This document shows, in pieces, positions 52,821 through 60,924 of a stretch of 64,000 nt of DNA. The stretch covers positions 682,001 through 746,000 of the forward strand of contig JAQOWU010000008.1 of assembly GCA_030867685.1 (NCBI GenBank). Direction: 5' to 3'. A program made the position numbers and the translations under genes. The notes beneath the pieces are model-generated. The model worked only from the letters and a program-made list of their open reading frames with translations, did not search any database and was not told where the DNA came from. Source of the stretch: Wickerhamiella versatilis. Taxonomy: Eukaryota. The stretch's first letter is position 1; the number at the start of each line of letters is the position of its first letter.

Positions 52821-54152
52821 ATGAGCCGGATAAGCGGTCTCTTCAGACGCTCCACTGAGCTTCCCACAGCTCTGTCACTGAAGGCACAGAATTGGACCCC
52901 CTCTAATTATGCCGAGTTGCTGGAAGAAATACGGGCGAAATCTGGAAAGTACACACTTCATGAAGATACGGTCACAGCGCTTTCAGGGCCTCTGTCTACA
53001 GTTACAGACCCTCTTATACGTTATTCATGCTGTGATTCGCTTTCCAAACTAAATAGTAAGTTCAGAAGAAGATCTTTGGGCGAATCTTTTCTGCGAGGTT
53101 TCAATGTCGAACAGGCCGTCAATTGCTTTTGTGCGGAAGACTTTGACAAAACAGATTTAACTCGTCGTCTTATCAATTTAGGGGGCGATATGATGGTCTA
53201 CAATTTGGCAAAGGAGCTTCCGGCTGCTCTCCAAATGTTATTATTTCAAAGAGCATTGACAGACGATAACTATAAATTCGCTGTCAAGTTATGGAAAAAT
53301 AGGAATAACACAGGACTTACCTTGTCAAAATCTCAGCAGGATCAATTTCTTCAACTCGCAGGCTCTCACCAAGATTTAGCTATTTTCAGGGATATAGCCG
53401 AGACGTACTTTGACGAAGTTACACCACTCTCAGCGCGAGCAGCACTTAACTGTGCTCTACCTTACGGTATTGAAAAGACACTAGATGCGCTAATAGAGAT
53501 GAAAAACTACTTACGTTTGGTTGATACAGTGCACGCTGCAGACGTACTCGCTCCGAATGCATTGCAGCTCCTGAAAGACAATCTGCACGAAAACTTTATT
53601 TATGAGGTCCTCTTACTCGGATTATATCGACAAAATAAATCTCTTACTGTTTTGCATACATTTCATTATTTGGTGTCCACAGAGAAGATGAGACTGAGCC
53701 ATGATGCTCTGCAAATAGCCGCAAACGCCGCATATCGACTGGGGAACTCAAAGTTGCTCTCTGCACGCATATGGGGAGATGCTGTAAAAGTGGGCTTGAA
53801 TCGTAAACTTTGCGAAACCCTTCTGGCTTGCCAGTTTGTAGGAACTGGCTACCGTAGTAGCTTTTTCTTTCTTGCGGAAATGAGGAGGCACGGTATCTAC
53901 TTACGAAGCCACATTCAGCGCACGATATTGTCAAAGTTCGAAAGATTGGCCGATGCCACCTTTGCGGAGGTATTTGCAGATTTCTCGAAACTCGATAATA
54001 TTCGAGAGTTTGACGATGACCTGGCCATGGATGAATCTAGACCACTTAGCAATCAGGCAAAGGCCAATGCACTCGTTTATGAACAGGGAAAAAACCCTGA
54101 TGAAGATCCACTTAAGGTGCTAGCAAGTATGTTGGAGTTTGATAAGGCGTAA
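52821..54152 (+). CDS. Hypothetical helical-repeat (PPR-like), probably mitochondrial protein
   Basis: First ATG at 52821 gives a presequence-like start (MSRISGLFRRS); PPR-like segment FFFLAEMRRHGI; family not recognised. Confidence 0.55.
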   Translation: MSRISGLFRRSTELPTALSLKAQNWTPSNYAELLEEIRAKSGKYTLHEDTVTALSGPLSTVTDPLIRYSCCDSLSKLNSKFRRRSLGESFLRGFNVEQAVNCFCAEDFDKTDLTRRLINLGGDMMVYNLAKELPAALQMLLFQRALTDDNYKFAVKLWKNRNNTGLTLSKSQQDQFLQLAGSHQDLAIFRDIAETYFDEVTPLSARAALNCALPYGIEKTLDALIEMKNYLRLVDTVHAADVLAPNALQLLKDNLHENFIYEVLLLGLYRQNKSLTVLHTFHYLVSTEKMRLSHDALQIAANAAYRLGNSKLLSARIWGDAVKVGLNRKLCETLLACQFVGTGYRSSFFFLAEMRRHGIYLRSHIQRTILSKFERLADATFAEVFADFSKLDNIREFDDDLAMDESRPLSNQAKANALVYEQGKNPDEDPLKVLASMLEFDKA

Positions 54153-54160
54153 GAATAGTC

Positions 54161-54757
54161 CTAACCGCGTAATGCTTTCAACCGTTCCTCTAGGCGGTCT
54201 TCCACAGGATCCTCAGGCTGCTGTATACGCTGCTGTGGGACCGTCTCGTTCATATTATGTCGCATTTCAATGCCAGCATCGTCAGCAACTTGCTGTAGTA
54301 GAGTATCCACTTCATCCTGCGGTGTATCTACTGCTGCCGAAGATCCAGTAGCATTCTCATAATATTGAGTGCTTGCATCGAGATCCTCAAATTGCTGCTC
54401 AAACTTATCCATTAGCATGGATATTTGCTCAGTGTTCATGGAGTCCATTGCCCTATCCATGCCTTTCACCACTACACCCATATTACCAGTCACCTGGCGC
54501 ATTGTAGCAGCTGTCTGAACACGGGATGCAACCGCTTCTACACGAGATGCAAGCTTGAGCAAGTTTAGGCGTTCCGTTTGTTTCCTTATGGCACTCTGAG
54601 CATGAAGCCGTGCGATGTCCTCATTGCCAGCAACAATGGCTTTGCGTGTTTTCTTTTTCTCCGCCTCAATTTCCTTGTTGCTTTTTGTAGCCTGCCGATG
54701 CAGCTGTTTAGCCGTAAATTTCAGTCGGAAAAGGGAATCCTCAAGACCAACTGCCAT
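54161..54757 (-). CDS. DID2: ESCRT-III protein Did2 (CHMP1)
   Basis: True start MAVGLEDSLFRLKFTAKQL at 54757; MDKFEQQFEDLD and MIM1 tail LEERLKALRG. Confidence 0.95.
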   Translation of the reverse strand: MAVGLEDSLFRLKFTAKQLHRQATKSNKEIEAEKKKTRKAIVAGNEDIARLHAQSAIRKQTERLNLLKLASRVEAVASRVQTAATMRQVTGNMGVVVKGMDRAMDSMNTEQISMLMDKFEQQFEDLDASTQYYENATGSSAAVDTPQDEVDTLLQQVADDAGIEMRHNMNETVPQQRIQQPEDPVEDRLEERLKALRG

Positions 54758-55240
54758 CGAACTGTAGTACGTAAGCAGGACTCCATTGAAGCTAGTAGTC
54801 AAAAGCTGGAAATGTGAGGATGTCTTACTGAAGAGAGTTATAACAGATTGAGAAAAGCTCGATTCTATAAAGCATTCAGGGATTTTTGACATACATAAGC
54901 ATAGCACGAATTGCAGTGCCGACTGAACATCAAGGCAATGAATTTTAAAAAAAAACATTTACTTAGGAAGATTAAAGCTTATTCAAAGCTTTAACGAGGA
55001 TTTAATACTACAAAGGCCTGCTTCTGAGTAGTTCCATTTATCTGAGTACCTACTTCAATTGCATAGATGATACACCTTTCAATTATGAGAAACTTGAGTG
55101 CAGGCTTGAACAATGGTACTTCACAGAGATATATGCATTAATTTTTGAGAGCAAAATTCTCATATTCAACGATGAGTTGAGCTTTTTTCAAATTTAATTG
55201 TTTTTATTACCTAAAGCGTGTCGCGACAGCGCGTCCTAAA

Positions 55241-58200
55241 ATGATATCAGCAGCTCGGCTAGACAGGCTAGCGAGGGATGCACGCGCTGGAGCTGTAGAT
55301 TTACAGGAAATCTTTGTTGCATTGAAGCATTTCAACGAGAATATTCGTGTTTCATGGATAGATGACCCAGACGCGACGCCCCTCTACTTTGAGGCACTTA
55401 GTGTATGCATGGAATTGGATGATCATGAAATGGACATTAGAGGTCTAGTGGTGCGTACAGTGTCTTGTTTGGTGAGAAGAGTAGTTTCTCAAGACCGCGA
55501 GGAGGATCTCGTCCGGTCTGCTCCTGTGATTCTACCCATACTGATTGGTAGCCTTTCGTTTGCAGAATCTAACCCATCACATAAAGACGTCGAACAAGGA
55601 ATAGAGGCCATGTGGTTTGTCTGTGCTGAACCTACTGAACAAGCATTGCGTGAAATTGGACTCGAGAACAGAAGCGCATCTGTTCGCTGCTCGACGCTTC
55701 ATCTTCTCGGAGATCATATAGGCGGTTTTAGCTTTCGAAAGTTCACGCCATGTGTTTGCAGATTGCTTTTGGATCCAGATACTAATACACACAATGCAGC
55801 CTACGCGTTATTGGTTCATTTTTTTTCTGGCGCAAGCGACAAAGCACGGGCAGATCTTCGAAGATATCTCGAACGATTGCAGATACCAGAAGCAATTTCG
55901 ACGCGTATTCTGGCAAAAGTGAACCATGTTGTTTCTCCGGAGCCTAAATTACCCTCGGCAGGTACCGCGGAAAGGTTAACTACATCATCTACAAGCTCAA
56001 CGTCGAAAACTCAACTTTCCGCCCCTGTCATGAGTATAGATGACCTTGCTGTCTTGAAAGACTCCAAGTACTCTCCTCAACAAGGAATTAGTCCTGCTCC
56101 ATGCGAAGACGATGATTCCCTGTTGTCGATCGTTGAAAGTATGCATCGCACATTTGAAGGAAAAGAGAATGAGCAGAATTGGAATCAGCGTGAAGCAGCT
56201 TTAAAGAGGCTAAGACAATTGTTGCGCTCTCCCAACCTAACAGGGAATGGCTGGCGAAAAGCAATGCATCGCCTCCAAACTGGTATGTGCAAGGCTTTAC
56301 TTTCGCTCCGTACCACACTTTCCATGACTGCATGTCACACTGTTAAGGAAGCTTTTCAACTTTTTGGATCAGATCTAGATGCACTTGCAGACATATATGT
56401 GAACGATTTAACCAAAGTTTGCGCAAGCCCCAAAAAGATAACCTCTCAATTCGCACATGTCTGTGTCTCTGCCATTCTACTTAACGTGTCTTACCAAACA
56501 AAACTTCTTCATTTTGTTTGTCGGACCGCTACTGAGTCAAAGGCTCAAGTTCGACCTTTTGCAATGGACTGGCTTAAAACGATTGCTGTAATTCACGGAG
56601 AGAACATGCAGGCCGGTCTCCCAAAGCAATTATCAACAGAAATAGAAAAGGTTTTGATACGAGGATTGACTGATGCTTTGCCAGAAACTCGAGTTGCCAG
56701 TCGTGGTGCCTTCTGGGCTATCTCATCGGTTCATCACGCGTTTCTTGATAGAATAATGCCCAGGCTTGACCCAGCAACGAGAAAAGCGGTAACTTCTGCT
56801 GCCCCAAAATCCAAAGGACCTATTCAGACCGCATCTTCTTCTAAGTCACGGAGCCCAACGCCTGCTTTGCAGCCTTCCTCCACACCGCCGAGGCCAGTCG
56901 ACGAAAATGTAGATGAAGATGTGACCCCAGAAAGGCATCTGCCAGAACCGTCACCATCGCCTAAACTACGGACCATGGAATCACCAGCGAGCCGTCATAA
57001 CTCCACTACTCCTCAAAATCTTGGTAACAGGAACCAGCATGCGATGCCTCATGTTCAACCACATTCAATTGTCAGAAAGTCATTATCACCAGCCTCTGAA
57101 AAGGCTACGTCTCAAATGGATTCACCAGCAAATCATAGTGATACTGCTGCACATGTCCAAAATCCTGAGGAGAATGACCAAAATGACTCCGTTAGTGTTC
57201 AGTCGCATTCATCAATTCTTAGTGGCGCTTCATTTTCACATTCTCCAGAAAAAACAGCTTCTCAACAAGAATCCTTTGATATCCTTATGAGCAAGGCTAA
57301 AGCACAAGTTCATGTATATGGTGATTCCGATGATTTGAGCCATGTGGCTGTGCATAAAGCACTGACATCGCGCGAGAATTCTGCACTTTTGTCAGATCTC
57401 GTGAGGTCGGAGAATGTTGGTAGAGTCCTCCGTTACTCGTCACCAGGGGTGATTTGTAGCGCTATTTCAGCTGCCTCATTTTCTGATGAAGAAAAGCGAA
57501 TGTCGCTGGAGAGACTCATGCATGAGCTTAATGGTGACTCCTGTGGATCAGAGGTAGCTGTTGCAATTCTGGAAGAACTTTGCGGTAAGAGCCGTCTACA
57601 ACCTCTACATGTCAGAAACTTAGGGAAGCTACTTATGTTGTTGCCAACATTTTCGCCATCCCGCAAAATACTAGAACTTGCGGATAAGCTCATTGATAAT
57701 GAAGATGTACAGAACTGGGTCAAATCACTCCAGCATAAGGCTCAAGATGTCCCAGATATCAGTAAGGTCAATATTTCACCTGTCACTGCGAGCCCAAAGA
57801 TTGATAGAAGTGGGACTCCTTCAGATTGGAGTTCCAGGCCGAATACGTCTTCAGTTTTTTCGTGGTCTGCAGGTGAGTCCACGGATAATAACCAAGTGAT
57901 TGGGCAACTACCTACCAATCAGGTTGAATGTTTGGTTTTTTTTGAGGGTCTTGTCAAATCCGTCGAAAGACGGACTGCTTCGGACAAAACTTTAGCTCTC
58001 TTGGCTATGTTTGTTGGAGGTCGTCGTGTCCTTCCTGAAGGTGGTGGAGGAAGTACGACATTGGCACTCAGAACATGGTCACAAGCAGCGACATTTCAAA
58101 ATCGCTTGTCTGCATCTATCATTAATTTCGTATTAGATCCCATGATTGACGACGCCAAAGTTGCAGTGGCACTGGTAGTAGTCATAGAATTGGCGACGTG

Positions 58201-58630
58201 TGATTCATTTGCCGGACGCGAAGAATCACTCCTTGAAGCTCTCGTCGCGATCTCTGAGCAGAAATCTGAATCTCTACTGCTGCGGTGTCGATTAATTCCC
58301 GAGGTTATACGCGCAATTAGTGCTGCTGCGGATGCGGAAGTGCTTGGGTGTGCGGCAATAAAACTACTCCCCACTGCCACGCTATATAGCTCCAAGGTCA
58401 TGCTTGAGCGGCTGCTAAGCTCATTGGTTCCAAACTTGTCATCGGAGGTTGTCGCCGCAATTGCAAGGATCATACCTCGCCAAATGGATGACCCGGACGC
58501 CAGGGTCAGAAAAGAGGCCTATCCATTGCTTATGGCCGTTTTTGAACGAAATAAGGAAGAAGCCGATTTGATCCAGGAAAATCTCACGGGAGGTCAACGC
58601 CGCTTAATTCAATACTATCTTCAATGTTAA
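55241..58630 (+). CDS. STU1: CLASP-family microtubule protein Stu1
   Basis: TOG-like HEAT repeats, FEGKENEQNW..RE, SLRTTLS, KKITSQ and C-terminal LTGGQRRLIQYY. Confidence 0.88.
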   Translation: MISAARLDRLARDARAGAVDLQEIFVALKHFNENIRVSWIDDPDATPLYFEALSVCMELDDHEMDIRGLVVRTVSCLVRRVVSQDREEDLVRSAPVILPILIGSLSFAESNPSHKDVEQGIEAMWFVCAEPTEQALREIGLENRSASVRCSTLHLLGDHIGGFSFRKFTPCVCRLLLDPDTNTHNAAYALLVHFFSGASDKARADLRRYLERLQIPEAISTRILAKVNHVVSPEPKLPSAGTAERLTTSSTSSTSKTQLSAPVMSIDDLAVLKDSKYSPQQGISPAPCEDDDSLLSIVESMHRTFEGKENEQNWNQREAALKRLRQLLRSPNLTGNGWRKAMHRLQTGMCKALLSLRTTLSMTACHTVKEAFQLFGSDLDALADIYVNDLTKVCASPKKITSQFAHVCVSAILLNVSYQTKLLHFVCRTATESKAQVRPFAMDWLKTIAVIHGENMQAGLPKQLSTEIEKVLIRGLTDALPETRVASRGAFWAISSVHHAFLDRIMPRLDPATRKAVTSAAPKSKGPIQTASSSKSRSPTPALQPSSTPPRPVDENVDEDVTPERHLPEPSPSPKLRTMESPASRHNSTTPQNLGNRNQHAMPHVQPHSIVRKSLSPASEKATSQMDSPANHSDTAAHVQNPEENDQNDSVSVQSHSSILSGASFSHSPEKTASQQESFDILMSKAKAQVHVYGDSDDLSHVAVHKALTSRENSALLSDLVRSENVGRVLRYSSPGVICSAISAASFSDEEKRMSLERLMHELNGDSCGSEVAVAILEELCGKSRLQPLHVRNLGKLLMLLPTFSPSRKILELADKLIDNEDVQNWVKSLQHKAQDVPDISKVNISPVTASPKIDRSGTPSDWSSRPNTSSVFSWSAGESTDNNQVIGQLPTNQVECLVFFEGLVKSVERRTASDKTLALLAMFVGGRRVLPEGGGGSTTLALRTWSQAATFQNRLSASIINFVLDPMIDDAKVAVALVVVIELATCDSFAGREESLLEALVAISEQKSESLLLRCRLIPEVIRAISAAADAEVLGCAAIKLLPTATLYSSKVMLERLLSSLVPNLSSEVVAAIARIIPRQMDDPDARVRKEAYPLLMAVFERNKEEADLIQENLTGGQRRLIQYYLQC

Positions 58631-58644
58631 ACTATGTAAATTTA

Positions 58645-58902
58645 TTAAGAAGAACCATGTGTCTGGCTAATAGCCGATTGCTGTCTTGCTTTACGAGCGG
58701 CTGAGTTCCAGCGCTCGACAATCTCGTCATCCTTTTCGGTATTTGACTGATATTGCAGTCGCGAGCCAACAGCCCATGATACGGCCGCCACACCGGCTAG
58801 ACCTGCAAGAACAAAAACTGTATTGGGCTTCCAGTTCTTAGGAATGAAGTTCCAGCCTCCAGCAGGCGACCAGGCCTCACCTTTGATAGCCCCTCCAGCC
58901 AT
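58645..58902 (-). CDS. Small complex I accessory subunit (NUUM / NDUFC1-like)
   Basis: WSPAGGW...PKNWKPNT motif followed by one TM helix. Confidence 0.75.
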   Translation of the reverse strand: MAGGAIKGEAWSPAGGWNFIPKNWKPNTVFVLAGLAGVAAVSWAVGSRLQYQSNTEKDDEIVERWNSAARKARQQSAISQTHGSS

Positions 58903-59016
58903 GGTATTGATGTGTAATCAAAATTGTTAAGGCCTCATTTGTCCGGGCGTACCGGCGCTTGGCCCAGAGTCACTCACCGATTTGGTAAGCAAGTGCGGTT
59001 GAAATTTCACTAGGTG

Positions 59017-59979
59017 ATGTTACGGCGGTATTTCAACCTACGGAGTGGATGTATACCACTGCAGGTGCGAAAAAATGCCACCTACAGCGCCAAGCATACC
59101 ACGGTAAGAGGTGAGCCTATCCCTGAGGCCGTGGCTTCCAGTGTCCCAGCCCTTCAAAGTCTGGCAGCTCGACTTTCAGTCCAGGACATCCCATACTCAG
59201 CTCTGGCCCGAACATTAATCAGTGAAACTGCGTCTTTGAAGTATACAAATAATTCAGGGCTTTCCCGCTTCGGTAAGACCCTTTTGTCTTTTTTTGTGCA
59301 TGAGCACTTTATGTTGAAATACCCACGGTTGCCACCACCTGTGTTACGCCGTGTGGTTGATACGTATACTGGCATGCCTGCACTTGCTGCAATCGGCACG
59401 ATGTGGGGTGTCGAGCCGGATACCCGTAGTGCATTCACCAGGTACCTGGCAGATGCCTCGGACGTGGCGAGCTTGGGAAAATTGAGCTTCTCAGATGCTA
59501 ATGTCACTGTTGAGGATGGCATTATGGAAAAGATCCCCGTTGGAAAGCATGCTATCGATCTAAATGGAGCGATGGGTCACTTCGTGCGCGCGCTGGTCGC
59601 TGCGGTCTATGCCCACAGAGGCATCGAAGGGGCGGGCGAATTCATCAGGGACTATATTATAAAACCACAGAAATTGGACATTTTATCAGTAATGGCCTTC
59701 TCACGCCCAACCCGGGAACTCAGCACTCTTTGTGCTAGGGAAGGTCTGGAGTCTCCTGTTAGCCGTTTGATGGCTGAGAGTGGCCGCTACTCAATAGCCC
59801 CTGTGTTTGTTGTTGGTGTATTTAGTGGAGCGCAAAAGCTTGGTGAAGGTCAAGGTTCCTCGTTGAGAGAGGCACGAACTCGCGCTGCTGTCAATGCTCT
59901 GCAGGCTTGGTACCTCTACTCCCCTGTAGGACGAGATGACGGCGCTCGGTTTGTTGATGCAGGCCAGGTCGTGATCTGA
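59017..59979 (+). CDS. MRPL3: Mitochondrial ribosomal protein mL44 (RNase III-like plus dsRBD)
   Basis: First ATG at 59017. KYPRLP, PTRELSTLCAREGLE.PVSRLMAESGRYS.APVFVVGVFSG and GEGQGSSL.EA. Confidence 0.92.
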   Translation: MLRRYFNLRSGCIPLQVRKNATYSAKHTTVRGEPIPEAVASSVPALQSLAARLSVQDIPYSALARTLISETASLKYTNNSGLSRFGKTLLSFFVHEHFMLKYPRLPPPVLRRVVDTYTGMPALAAIGTMWGVEPDTRSAFTRYLADASDVASLGKLSFSDANVTVEDGIMEKIPVGKHAIDLNGAMGHFVRALVAAVYAHRGIEGAGEFIRDYIIKPQKLDILSVMAFSRPTRELSTLCAREGLESPVSRLMAESGRYSIAPVFVVGVFSGAQKLGEGQGSSLREARTRAAVNALQAWYLYSPVGRDDGARFVDAGQVVI

Positions 59980-60000
59980 TTTGATTTGATTTGATTTGAT
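59977..60000. repeat. (TGATT)n microsatellite starting at the MRPL3 stop codon
   Basis: Four full units plus TGAT. Confidence 0.85.
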
Positions 60001-60924
60001 GTATATACATAGTACCCGTCGGTCTTAAAAAGACGGCTTTCTAGGCATAGTGTGAAAAATATTGTCGCGTGAATCCGTGATCCACTGATAAACGTAGCCT
60101 GTCTCCTCAGTTACAGTCGATTACCGGGATCTATGTCTAATTGTCAATTTTACTTACTCCCGGCTTGATGTCTTCATCGATACATATGCCGCCATCATAA
60201 CTGCAAGTTAATCTAAAAGGGAAGAAAGCTTATCACAATAAGTTTATTTTCAAAACGTACATACATCACTTTTCTCCAGCCAAAACACCTGAGATAATCA
60301 ATACTAAGCTAGAAACCTAGACACAGCCACTTAGCAATAAGGCTTGGATTAGCTACAAATTTTGACCAGCCTCTGCATCAAAATTAGAAATTTGCCCACC
60401 CTGTGTTACTCAGCGGAAATGTGAGCACACTTAGTGTTACATAATCAGGTAAGTCCAGGTATGGGAAAAAATTTCATGTGAAAAAAATAATTTTTTTCTG
60501 ATGATGGTGATCAAATAATCTAACAACCAAAGAATGCATATTTTATCATATTTGTGGATCGCAAAAGTCACATGAGCCCTGATAACAGCAGTGCGCTCTG
60601 TTGCGTCTGCTCCACCAGTTGCTATATCGACGTCATCCTTACTTATGCAAGATAGTTGGTCCCACGAACCGTGGACCAAGGTTTTATGCACCCATTCCGG
60701 GGATAATCTCGCCCCAGGCCAATAATTAAACGATGTTTTATTCATTTCTCTCTTTCATGAACTGCCTTATCTCGACATTCAGCAGTAAAATTAATCTTAG
60801 GCTAAAGGAGTAAGTATTTTAACAGGGCTAGGGGGAGAATGGCGGTGCACCCACCCTTAGTATTTTGTGACTAAACTACATACCTATATTTTCTTCTAAC
60901 GTTCTGTAACATCACCTTCTCAAG

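Noticed and set aside
54758-54958. N-terminal extension of DID2 in the ORF track
   Set aside because: CHMP1 homology begins at the ATG at 54757; the extension is probably promoter or UTR.
58984-59013. GTAAGC...CTAG before the MRPL3 ATG
   Set aside because: Only 30 nt and no branch-point consensus.
583-60086. TGATCCACT found three times in intergenic DNA (583 reverse, 14342, 60078)
   Set aside because: Some 9-mers are expected to recur three times by chance, and the flanking genes share no function.
60437-60745. 102-aa minus-strand ORF in the long region upstream of the OSCA gene
   Set aside because: No motifs and crosses A/T tracts; likely promoter DNA, though a microprotein cannot be excluded.
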